Assembly (NCBI RefSeq): GCF_000281045.1
Contig: NW_008246083.1
Location: 767,679-806,927, forward strand
Origin: Saprolegnia diclina VS20
Taxonomy: Eukaryota
Direction: 5' to 3'
DNA length: 39,249 nt
Shown: positions 1 to 9,500 of the stretch, one piece after another
Layout of the letters: every line of letters starts with the position of its first letter
How positions within the stretch are numbered: the stretch's first letter is position 1
Program-made: the position numbers and the translations under genes
The notes under the pieces: model-generated
What the model was told of the DNA's origin: nothing
Seen by the model: only the letters and a program-made list of their open reading frames with translations
Databases searched by the model: none

Positions 1-1383
1 GGTGGTTTCTACATTCTGAATGTGACGTCTGGGATCCAAGAGGTGCTTGTCGCCAACACGTCGGGTGCACCAGCTTTCTCGAGCATTGCGCTGACGTACC
101 TGCCGCCCGTGCTGAGCCTCGAGCCGCTCCTCAAGTGTCCGATCGACATGCACGTGGGCGGCACCGCGACGCACATCACGACGTCAGCGTGGTACGGTGA
201 CACAACCGCGCCGTGGACCGCGCGGACGACGCGGACGGCCGACGCCAACGTCGTGACAGAGAAGTCGGACGGCGCGGTGCACGTGACGACGAGACACTAC
301 TCAGAGGGCGACTTGACGCAGATCCGGCTCGGCTACAAGGACGCGTTTCGGCTTTCGTTGTTGGCGGTGATCACCTACTACCGCGTGACCTCGATCTACT
401 ATCCGATCGCGCTCGTGTACTGGCGGCAGCGCCAGCCGCTCTTCCGCTGGCTGCGGCAGCGTCACACGGGCTTGGTGCTGCACAAGCGCGAGCGACACAA
501 CTTGTTCATTTTGCTCTTGCTCTCGGCCGAGGCCGTCGCGAGCACCGAGGACGTGGTCATGTACTGTCAGCAAGTCATCTACTCGGGTCCGTCGCTCTTT
601 TTACTCGCGCTCAAGTACATGTCGATCACGCGCATCATCTGGCCTTGTGCCTTCCTCCTCCTCCTCGCGTCTCGGGCCATTCAGATCTTATTCGGGCGAC
701 AGTACGCATTTGCAATGACCGAAGACCTCTTCTTCCTCGGCGCACCGGTTGTGTGGCTCTACATTCCCGTGCAGGTCACGAGCCAGGGCATGAGTCTCTT
801 CCAGGGCTACCGCTGGACCGGCGCGATCGTCCACCACTACGCCAACTCGGTTCTGAACGTTTATGCCAAGCAGCTCACGAGCTTGACGCTCTACCTGCAA
901 CTCTTTGGCTACTTTACGATTCTATCGCCGTTTACGACGATCCTCATCGACACTGTGTGGCGCAAGGCCACCAACAGCAGCAGCATCTTTGTGTTTGTAC
1001 TCTCGCCGCTCAAGCACGGCTTGTCCAAGCGCGTGCTCGACATTGCAACCGCCGAGCCACGCGTGCACACGATTCTGATGCTCTCGACGCGCCGGACGCC
1101 CCAGGACATTGCGTTGCAGATGACGCGCGCCAAGCTACCACCGCGCCGGCTTTGCGAGTCGCTCAACCTCGCGGCCGAGGGATTTGTGTGCCTCATCTAC
1201 GGCAACATTCACGTCATGGGCATGACCGAGTGGGGCATCTCGTCGCCCATCGTCAATGAGCTCGGACACGTGGCGGTCATTGGTAGCGGGAACCGTGTCG
1301 CGTTTGACGCCGCCGTGTCGATCGAGTCGTTGGCGCGAATCACGTCACGGCCGGCCTGTCTTGGCATCCCAGATGTGTACTAA
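1..1383 (+). CDS. Uncharacterised multi-pass membrane protein, 'GIPD-tail' family paralogue A (5' truncated by window edge)
   Basis: Frame open from base 1 to TAA 1381-1383. Shares GIQEVLVAN, AWxGDT, GLVLHKRER, RIIWPCA, LGAPVVW, GYRW, TEWG and C-terminal GIPD motifs with the ORFs at 2198 and 24576. Several hydrophobic segments. Confidence 0.85.
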   Translation, partial: GGFYILNVTSGIQEVLVANTSGAPAFSSIALTYLPPVLSLEPLLKCPIDMHVGGTATHITTSAWYGDTTAPWTARTTRTADANVVTEKSDGAVHVTTRHYSEGDLTQIRLGYKDAFRLSLLAVITYYRVTSIYYPIALVYWRQRQPLFRWLRQRHTGLVLHKRERHNLFILLLLSAEAVASTEDVVMYCQQVIYSGPSLFLLALKYMSITRIIWPCAFLLLLASRAIQILFGRQYAFAMTEDLFFLGAPVVWLYIPVQVTSQGMSLFQGYRWTGAIVHHYANSVLNVYAKQLTSLTLYLQLFGYFTILSPFTTILIDTVWRKATNSSSIFVFVLSPLKHGLSKRVLDIATAEPRVHTILMLSTRRTPQDIALQMTRAKLPPRRLCESLNLAAEGFVCLIYGNIHVMGMTEWGISSPIVNELGHVAVIGSGNRVAFDAAVSIESLARITSRPACLGIPDVY

Positions 1384-1435
1384 CTCGATTTCTAGTTGAT
1401 TTGATAATACTGTACCGGTAGCTGAATAATGATGT

Positions 1436-1982
1436 ACTAGGGTTAACCTCGTGTTTTCTTGGGGCAGGTTTTGGTCGAGCTCTATGGTGGAGGTTTTGAA
1501 TTGGGGTAGCGTGCAATCTAGCGGAGGGATCGTGTACTACGCGTGACGTAGTTTGGACTTGCCGGTGGACGGGATCGTAGTATGCATTGAAGTTTAACGT
1601 ACCTGCCCCGAGCCTTGGGGTTTCTTGGGGCAGGGTGTGATCTCGTCAAACTCGTCGATGCTGCAAACGCCCATATCGGCCAGCACAAGCGCGCCACCTT
1701 CAAGCGTCAGCTCCTTGGTGATGTTCGCGCACGACCGCGGCCGTGAGTCCGACGCGACAACTGCCCTACACGATGGGCCTTGCCCATCGTGTAGATGTCT
1801 CTCGGGCTCACGGTCACAATGTGCTGGAGGAGCTGCCTCTTGGCCACACCGGGGTCACCCATGAGGAGTTCGTCCATGCGCTTGATAACGCCGCCAATCT
1901 TCATCCCGACAACGTCACAACAACGTCGCGACAACGTCGTTACAGCGTCACAACAACGTCCGGACTAGGGTTAACCTCATGT
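1436..1982. repeat. 19-bp direct repeat pair bracketing the MCM7 relic
   Basis: ACTAGGGTTAACCTCGTGT at 1436-1454 and ACTAGGGTTAACCTCATGT at 1964-1982 (18/19 identical). Confidence 0.8.
1640..1915 (-). pseudogene. MCM7: MCM helicase (MCM7-type) ATPase-domain fragment, frameshifted and rearranged
   Basis: Minus strand reads GMKI...[30 protein letters not shown] (MCM Walker A, normally GDPGVAKSQ). After frameshifts it reads VGLTAAVVR and [26 protein letters not shown] (MCM Walker B). No start codon or remainder of the gene. Confidence 0.85.
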
Positions 1983-2010
1983 CGAACTTAGTAGCGTGGG
2001 AATCAGGAAG

Positions 2011-2084
2011 TGGTGCTCTCTCCGGACTTGAACCCGGATCTACCTGGTGGTAAACCAGTGTCTAAACCGCTAGACTAAAAGAAG
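2011..2084 (-). tRNA. Degenerate tRNA / tRNA pseudogene with genome-encoded 3' CCA; isotype uncertain (TAC/Val is one possible reading)
   Basis: Minus strand: CTTCTTT TA GTCT-AGCGGTTT-AGAC A CTGG-TTTACCA-CCAG GTAGAT CCGGG TTCAAGT CCGG AGAGAGC A CCA. D-arm, A/B-box-like motifs (TAGCGG, GGTTCAAGTCC) and an acceptor stem with G-U pairs are present. The 1-72 pair is mismatched and the anticodon and T arms are out of register by about 1 nt. Confidence 0.6.
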
Positions 2085-2197
2085 TCGACAAGAACACCCC
2101 TTCTTGACTGTGGGTTTGTACGCTTGGGAGATGGAAAGTAATTTTGAACTATACCAAAGTGGCAAAATGAAACCAACGGCAGTTGGGGAATTTTAAA

Positions 2198-4114
2198 ATG
2201 GCTTGCAAGCCCAGCGCGGACACGACCAAGGTCGCACCGTCCCCTGTTCGGGCTCCGATTCGTCGAATCGTGCGCTTTGGTCTCTGGCTCGTCCTCACAA
2301 CCAACTCTTACTTGGACCCGATCAAGACATTTGNNNNNNNNNNNNNNNNNNNNNNNNNNNNNNNNNNNNNNNNNNNNNNNNNNNNNNNNNNNNNNNNNNN
2401 NNNNNNNNNNNNNNNNNNNNNNNNNNNNNNNNNNNNNNNNNNNNNNNNNNNNNNNNNNNNNNNNNNNNNNNNNNNNNNNNNNNNNNNNNNNNNNNNNNNN
2501 NNNNNNNNNNNNNNNNNNNNNNNNNNNNNNNNNNNNNNNNNNNNNNNNNNNNNNNNNNNNNNNNNNNNNNNNNNNNNNNNNNNNNNNNNNNNNNNNNNNN
2601 NNNNNNNNNNNACGTGCCTGGAGATGCTTGGCGAAGGCGACAGCTTTGCTTGCGACACCATGACGACAGCCAACGGCCGCGTCATCAACTACCGCGTGAG
2701 CCAAACCGAGACCACCAAGTGGTGCAAGGAGTTTGGTGGTTTCTACATTCTGAATGTGACGTCTGGGATCCAAGAGGTGCTTGTCGCCAACACGTCTGGC
2801 GCGCCTGCCTTTACAAGTATTCCGTTGACGGTTGAGACGCCCGCGTTTAGCATCAGCTCGCTCATCGGATGCTTTGCCAACATACACATCGGCGGAACCA
2901 ACGTCGTGACAACGACGTCAGCGTGGCACGGCGACACGCTCGGCCCGTGGACAGCGCGGTCGACGCGCACGGCACACGCCAACGCGGTGACGAGCAACGG
3001 CTCGCTGCAGCGCGTCTGGACGCACCACTACTCGGAGGGGGACGTCACGATCGTTCGGTTGATATACAAGGACGTCTTTCGCCTCTGCATTTTGGCAATC
3101 GTCATCTACTATCGGGTCTCGTCGATCTACTATCCGATTTGGCTCGCGTTCCGGCGCCAGCACCAGCCGTTCTTGGCGTGGATCTGGCAGCGCCACTTGG
3201 GCCTTGTCTTGCACAAGCGAGAGCGCCACAACCTCTTCATCCTCTTGCTTCTCTCTCTCGAAGCCGTCACGAGCGTGGAAGATATCGTGCTCTACTGCCA
3301 GCACATTGTCTACACCAATGGCTCGTCGTACGGCTCACAGCTGCTCAGCTTGATGTCCATCATGCGCATCATCTGGCCTTGCGCGCTGCTTCTGCTGTGT
3401 CTCTCGCGTCTCGCGGGGCTTCTCCTTGGACCAGCGTACGTGTTTGCCGTCTCGGAAAACATCTTTCTCCTTGGCGCCCCGGTCGTCTGGGTCTACGTTC
3501 CGCTCTACGTGACCAACCAAGGCATGCGGCTCATCTCTGGCTACCGCTGGACGGGCGTCGTCGTGCATCACTACACCAACTCGATCTTTAATGCGTACAC
3601 GCGGCAAATGAGCTTTGCTACGCTCTACTGGCACCTCTTTGGCGTCTTTACCCTTGTGTCGCCACTCGTGATATTCGGGCTCTCGGCCGTCTGGCGGCGC
3701 TCGACCAAATCCAGCAGCATTGCTGCGTACCTATTTGCGCCGACCGAGCACCACCAGAACAGTGTGCACATCCAGCCCGCGCCGCCGCACGCGTCGCTCG
3801 AGGCAATCCTTCGCGACTCGACGTTCTCGGTACCACCAAGCATTGCGCGCCAGATCACGCGCGCCAAGCTGCCAGTAAAGAACTACTGCGAGGCGGGGAA
3901 TCTCGCCGCCGACGGCCTCGTGTGCCTCGTCTACGGCGAGCTCCACGTGCTCGGCCTCACCGAGTGGGGCTTGGTTTTCCCTGTTGAAGACGCCGACGGT
4001 CACATTGCAGTCCTCGATGGCAACAGCGTAGCGTACCGACAGGACGTTACCATTGAGCGGCTCCTGGCGACGGCGTCGTCGCCACTGGTTCTCGGCATCC
4101 CGGATCTGCAGTAG
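2198..4114 (+). CDS. Uncharacterised multi-pass membrane protein, 'GIPD-tail' family paralogue B (assembly gap 2334-2611)
   Basis: ATG at 2198, N-terminal hydrophobic segment ending NSYLDPIKT (as in paralogue C). After the gap it is collinear with A and C, and ends LGIPDLQ. Confidence 0.85.
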   Translation: MACKPSADTTKVAPSPVRAPIRRIVRFGLWLVLTTNSYLDPIKTFXXXXXXXXXXXXXXXXXXXXXXXXXXXXXXXXXXXXXXXXXXXXXXXXXXXXXXXXXXXXXXXXXXXXXXXXXXXXXXXXXXXXXXXXXXXXXTCLEMLGEGDSFACDTMTTANGRVINYRVSQTETTKWCKEFGGFYILNVTSGIQEVLVANTSGAPAFTSIPLTVETPAFSISSLIGCFANIHIGGTNVVTTTSAWHGDTLGPWTARSTRTAHANAVTSNGSLQRVWTHHYSEGDVTIVRLIYKDVFRLCILAIVIYYRVSSIYYPIWLAFRRQHQPFLAWIWQRHLGLVLHKRERHNLFILLLLSLEAVTSVEDIVLYCQHIVYTNGSSYGSQLLSLMSIMRIIWPCALLLLCLSRLAGLLLGPAYVFAVSENIFLLGAPVVWVYVPLYVTNQGMRLISGYRWTGVVVHHYTNSIFNAYTRQMSFATLYWHLFGVFTLVSPLVIFGLSAVWRRSTKSSSIAAYLFAPTEHHQNSVHIQPAPPHASLEAILRDSTFSVPPSIARQITRAKLPVKNYCEAGNLAADGLVCLVYGELHVLGLTEWGLVFPVEDADGHIAVLDGNSVAYRQDVTIERLLATASSPLVLGIPDLQ

Positions 4115-4156
4115 TCAACATACTGTTCCTAGTTGTCCGTTTATATAACTATCGTG

Positions 4157-4903
4157 TCAACCGATGCGGTGAAAGAGTGCGAGCAGCTGGTGCTCGATGA
4201 CGTCCAGGTGCGCGGGCGCACTCAGCCGGTGATCGCCACCGGGCACCCACGTCAGCGAGACGGGTGCGCCTTGCGTGCCTTGCGTCGATGCCCAGTTGCC
4301 AATCAACTCGACGCCAACGTCCGAGTCGTGCGTGCCATGGACGAGTGCGACGGGGCACGCCGCCTTGCGTGGCAGCGGGTGCGCGGCTATCGAGTCGACG
4401 AGTGGTCGGTAGATCGGGTAGTACCCGGCGGCTGCATACGTCGATGGCCGGCGATAGTACTCGACGCCATTTTCGTCGGATTCTGTCGACCCATTGGCTT
4501 TGGCGGCTGTAAACTCGAGAAAGAACCGCTCCAAGCCGAGGCTGGCACCGACGCCGAGAATGCCGGCGATGCGAGTTGGCAGAGCCGAAGCGACAAGAAG
4601 AGACAAGAAGAAGCCCATGGACGAGCCGATAAGGACGACAGGTCTCTCGCCACTGCAGCGCTCGCACGCGACGACTGAGTGCAGGTCGTCTCGCCACTGC
4701 GTCAGTGTGGCGTTGCGCATCGGTGTTGCTGGCGCGGGACCGTGGCCGGCGTGGTCGTAGGTGAGAAAAGTCGTGTGCAGCTCCTGTGCGACAAAGGCCG
4801 AGAGCCGCGACACCTTGCGCGACGCCGTGTGCGACGAGTTAAAGCCGTTGACAAAGAGCACCGACGGCCGCGTCGACGCCTGCCCGACGCGCACCAGGCG
4901 CAC
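4157..4903 (-). CDS. Alpha/beta hydrolase (ABHD10-like serine hydrolase); true start not resolved
   Basis: Oxyanion-loop-like FVNGF, YDHAGHG, nucleophile elbow GSSMG, HGTHD acid and GDHRLS His. The ORF lacks an in-frame ATG at its 5' end, so an upstream exon is likely. Confidence 0.8.
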   Translation of the reverse strand: MRLVRVGQASTRPSVLFVNGFNSSHTASRKVSRLSAFVAQELHTTFLTYDHAGHGPAPATPMRNATLTQWRDDLHSVVACERCSGERPVVLIGSSMGFFLSLLVASALPTRIAGILGVGASLGLERFFLEFTAAKANGSTESDENGVEYYRRPSTYAAAGYYPIYRPLVDSIAAHPLPRKAACPVALVHGTHDSDVGVELIGNWASTQGTQGAPVSLTWVPGGDHRLSAPAHLDVIEHQLLALFHRIG

Positions 4904-5487
4904 GTGGCTGCACGCTGACGTTGTGAAAGTGTCTCATAAACCTTTTTGTTTCGATTTTCAATATTATATATGAGAGGTTTTGACGCTCTGCCGGCTTGCC
5001 GACGCCACTCGGTCAGCCAAATCAAGTTTGAAAACGTATTCGCCCAAATGTACTGGGGTCTTAGAGGGTACGTTGGAGCCCTCAACGCGCCATCTCATGT
5101 CGGCGGGTGAGGCGTACAGCGCGCGCAATCCTCAGTTTTATAATTTTGGCGTGCGCCATTTTTACCATATTTAGCCACATTGGAATGCGTGGGTGCTGGA
5201 TTCGGGCCACAAGTGAGCCTCCTTTGCTCTGTACGCACAATAAAACCACAAAACACATGAGTTCGCTCACGGTTTTGACAGCTGAACGGCGCTAGCACTA
5301 TTTCTATATTGCTAGGGTCATAGCAGGTCGTATTTGAACCTCTGGGGCGTTAACGAGCTCCCAGCCCTAGACCCACTCGACCCACCTGGCCACCACTCGA
5401 CCTTTTCTCTCCTAACTCCGAGGGCTGCACCGATTTTTTTGTAAAAGCCTAGTCAAATCGGGTAAAGGTTACGCTGTAAAATCTCCA

Positions 5488-5769
5488 ATGCGGATGCAAG
5501 CGCAAGTCTGGCTTTCATTATTACAACGGATCCGGACGGTAATGCCACGTACGACGGCGACGCAGAGCAGCCTAGCGTCGTATCCGCAGCCGACGCATTC
5601 CAGCTGCAGCTACGTTCGCCGGTGCCTCTTTGAAGGCTGCACACTCGACACGTGCGCGACCTTGTGCGCTCGCCACGCTGCCTTCTCGGCCGAGTGCATC
5701 GTGCCAGACTGCACCAAGTGGACGCACCGCAACGAGCTTTGCCGCCGGCACCGCCAAACATACATGTAA
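5488..5769 (+). CDS. Small protein with Cys/His repeats resembling oomycete 'WRKY19-like' zinc-finger repeats
   Basis: CLFEGC..LCARH and CIVPDCTKWTHRNELCRRH fit the C-x4-C...C-x2-H repeat pattern. Short, may be degenerate. Confidence 0.55.
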   Translation: MRMQAQVWLSLLQRIRTVMPRTTATQSSLASYPQPTHSSCSYVRRCLFEGCTLDTCATLCARHAAFSAECIVPDCTKWTHRNELCRRHRQTYM

Positions 5770-5818
5770 TACCGCTGCAGACAATGTACATGTTGTCTGT
5801 TATCACGCCGCTGTTAGA

Positions 5819-7103
5819 CTAGACATCGCTCAACTTGGTGCGGAGCTGGTGGAAGAGCGTGACGCCGCGATGCAGGACGGCACTCTTCCACGCACCGTCC
5901 CAGTGCACATAAAAGGCGTTGCGGAGGGCGTTGGCGGCTTCGAGGCGCGTCTCGGGCGCGTGGTGCGTCGCTGCGTTCTCTTGGCGCAGACTCAGGAGGA
6001 CGTCGATCATGTTTTTGGTGCCAAATTCTTGGGTCACGCCGAGGCGCACGGGCGCCTCCGCGAAGAGCGAGAGGTACCCGTCGACCGCGAACCCGCCGGC
6101 GTCGCCATAGCCCGAGAGCGCGGTTGCGTCCGCGTTCGAGTCGCTGATTGCATCGTGGTCGGGGAAGAGCGTCTTGAGCATCGCTGGCGTCACCGTCAGA
6201 CTCGGCGACGTCACTTGCACCGTGTCGTACCCCCGCGGCCCGAGGCCTGTGTGCACGTCCAGCATCGCGATCCGGCTCACATTGGTGAAGTGCGACTGGA
6301 AAAAGGCCGTCAAGAGGCGGTGGCTGGCCTGGAGCTCGTGGCCGCCAAAGAAAATGCCTTGTGGCTCGTGGTACGTGCCCGAGACGATCGCTCGCTTGAC
6401 GCTCTCAAACCCATGGCGCAGCGCGTGCGTCAGCAGCCTACGCACCCTCGTATGAGCACTCTCCAGCCACAGGCATGTGTACGCAGGCAAAAACGAAGTG
6501 TCGGCCCAGTGCGCGGCGTGGCGCGGGTTGAGCGCCGGCGACAATGACGTGTAGCCTACGGCGTTCGGGTCGCTCGCGCGCTTGGCCGCAAACGCCTCGG
6601 GCGTCAAGTAGTTGCGGTTGAGGTCGACGTTGGCCTCGTTCACGCGCCGGAGCTAAAGCCAAAATGCAACAATGACAGCAGTCGCAATGCAGTACCTTGG
6701 CGAACCCAAAGGGATTCACAGCGTGCACAAAGACGACGGTCGGGCCCGATGTCAGCGACGTCGACGCGTCACCCAGGAGCTTGGCCTGAATCGCGCTGCC
6801 GGCAAACCCCTCGACGCCGTGCGTGCCAGAGAGGTGCACGAGCAGCGCTGTTGGGTCTGCACCCCGCAAGACGGCCACGTCGATCGTGAGCTCGGCATTG
6901 GCGCCGGGTAGCGGCAGCGTATAGAGCTCTGCGTCCGCCGCTGCAGCGCGGGCCCGGAAGAGCGCGCGCGCCTCGTAATAGTCGTTGGCAAAGCACGCGG
7001 CCGTCGATGGGTCCATCGTTGGCGTCGGCGCCCAGTGCTTCATGAGCGCCGCACTCAGCGCGACGGCACCAAGTGCCCACAGCAGAAGACTCCAGCTCAT
7101 CAT
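5819..7103 (-). CDS. DUF2817 / M14 zinc-carboxypeptidase-like protein with N-terminal signal or anchor; one intron (6653-6695)
   Basis: SGTHGVEGFAGSAIQ (HxxE), HAVNPFGFAK|LRRVNEANVDLNRN joined by a 43-nt GT-AG intron, LDVHTGLG and QEFGT. Hydrophobic N-terminus. Confidence 0.8.
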
Positions 7104-7322
7104 GTTGACACACTATTGGACAGTGAGCTAGTAGCAATGACGATGTCGACGAGAACCCTTGAACCAGCTGTTTGTCGTGATCTCAGACGGGGCGTCATCA
7201 TGTGATGTGTTGACGCTCGGGAGCGTGACGTCATCACACCGTCATCCTGCGTCTCTTCGGATACCAAGGACACTGCGTTCCACCCTTGCAAATCGTGAAT
7301 TGTTACTACTAACTACTAAGAA

Positions 7323-9382
7323 CTAGACGCGGGGGACGTCCGAGTACAGCTCTGGCTCGTCCATGTCGTCGTCCAGCGCAGAGATCGTGCTCAAGCCAGC
7401 GTCCGGGTCTTCGCCGCGCAGGAGCTTCTCGACGCGGTCCAGGCCCAAGAGCGCCGACGACAGATTGCTGTTGAGACTCAGCGCGCGGTGGTAGTGCTGC
7501 AGCCCGACGTTGTACTCGCGCTTCAGAACGTAGACGTCGCCGAGCTTGGCGAAGAGTACGTCGCGCGGCGTCTTGGCCACGAGCCCTTCGAGCCTAGTCC
7601 TCGCAGCTATAACCTTTGCATCCACTAAAGAGGCCGTACGTGGTGATGGCAGCTGCAAGATTGTCGTCTTGAAGGAAGAGGTCCACGAGGCCCAAGTGCG
7701 CACGCAGCGCATCCGGGTTGGCCGCAAGCGCCTTCTCGAACGTGCGTCGCGCCTAGTTGGCAGCATAGTATCAACTTGATACGACAAAATACCTCGTCGC
7801 GGCGGTCGGGCCGCAGCGAGAGGACGCTGCCGACGAGGACCAATGCGCGGGCGCTCATCGGCGCGAGGAGCAATGCGAGGCGCGCAGCGTGCATCGCGTC
7901 GAGGTACTTGTCGTCGCCCTTGAGGCAGAGGTCGCAGTAACCCTCCACGAGCCCTTCGTACGCCTCGAGGCTCCGCCCGCAGCGACTGCCGCTTGCAAAC
8001 GCACTCACCGCGTGCGCGGATCTGTCCATCGCGAGGAGGAGCCGCCCGCGCGCCACGTAACTCCGTGCAAACGTCGGGTCCACGACAATGGCCTACCCCA
8101 ATATTTGTATCAAGTTGATAGTTACGTGTATCCCACCCGATCGACGAGCTGGAGCGCGGCGGTCGTGTCGGTCTTTAGCTCGCTGTAGCAGGCGGCCGCC
8201 AGCCACGGCTCGGGGCGATCCATCGAGATGCTGAAGAGATCTCGGACCAAGCTACCCATGTCGTTAGATGACAGCCATCGACCAAAACGCCCACTTGTTC
8301 AAGGTCGGCGCACTCCCCGCGTCTCGCAGCAGGCGCGCGTACATGTCCATGTAGTCGAGGTTCGTCGCGTCCAGCTGCCGAGCCTACGAGACCGTTCGTC
8401 CTTCGCCGTTTAAGGGAGCCGTACGCGAGCAAAGGTTGCGAGCGCGAGGTCGGGCCACTCGAGGTCGGCTTGGAGCTTGGCCTTCTGCAGCGTGCAGTGC
8501 ACGTTCAGCCCAAACTGCGTCTCCAACGACGCGAAGGCCTCGAGGCCCGCTACGCAACATATGAGCCACAGAGCGCGCGAAGCTGTCCCGACCGTGGAGG
8601 CGATAGCCGATCACGTGGTTGTGGGCTGCGGGCAGCGTCTCGAGCCACTCGGTGTCGCCCGGCGGCAGTCGGTCGTAGTAGCCTTTCGATGTCGGCTTTC
8701 GCTCGACGTCCATCGGTGCAGCAACCTCGGCGAGGGCCAAGGAGGCCTCCAGCGCATACGGATTGAGCCTACACGCAGCGTTAGCGCCGCGCCTTGGAGA
8801 TTGCGGCTCACTTGAGAACGGCGGCAAAGCTCTCCTCGGCGCGCCTATGCATGCATCAAGAGGTCATGACGGAAGGGCCAGTGTCTTGCACCTGTACTGG
8901 CCCTGGCTCCGGAAGAGCTTCCCGAGAAGCATGTACACGGGCAGCGTCCGCGCCGACGCGGGAATCGTTTCAAGCTACCACAGCAAGCGTCACGATCGAC
9001 CTACCACATTGTGCGTACGGTCTGCAGCGCAGTCTCGACGTCCCCGAGCTCGCGGTAGCACTTGGCCATCGTGAGGCGCACGGTCGTGCCCTCGCCGGCG
9101 TTCGTCGAAGAGAGGTACATGGCAAAGTAGCGCTATCGCAAGCGTGAGCCATCACGCAGAGGCGGCGCGTCGTACGAGCGCCCGCTTGTGCTCGGCCTTG
9201 GCGACGAGCGCGTCCGCGTACAGCGCGTAGATGGCCGGGTGGTCGTCGAGCCGGCGCTGCTGCGAGCCGTGGGCCTGCGAGCAGAGGAGGCTCCCGAGCG
9301 CGGCCACGGACTCGGCCTCGCCATCGCGCAGGAGCGCGCGCATGTGGCCCGCGAGCTCGGCCAGCGATGCGTCCGTCAGCAT
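7323..9382 (-). CDS. APC7: Anaphase-promoting complex subunit 7 (TPR protein), multi-exon
   Basis: N-terminal LYADALVAKAEHKRAL, LNPYALEA, and TPR-like segments (YVARGRLLL, KLGDVYVLKREYNVGLQHYHRALSLN), then an acidic tail. Fragments are separated by short GT-AG introns; exon boundaries not all resolved. Confidence 0.75.
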
Positions 9383-9500
9383 CGTTGGATCGCCTCAATG
9401 TGATTGGCCAATACACCGTGCCCCGGGGCACACCATTCTCGCAGCGCGCTAGTCGATGTGTACAAAATGTCATTATAGCAACTGTCATAGCGCGTATGTA

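Noticed and set aside
1443..1974. Intact piggyBac element between two TTAA sites
   Set aside because: Ends (CCTCGTG versus CCCTAGT) are not proper terminal inverted repeats and there is no transposase; kept only as a direct repeat.
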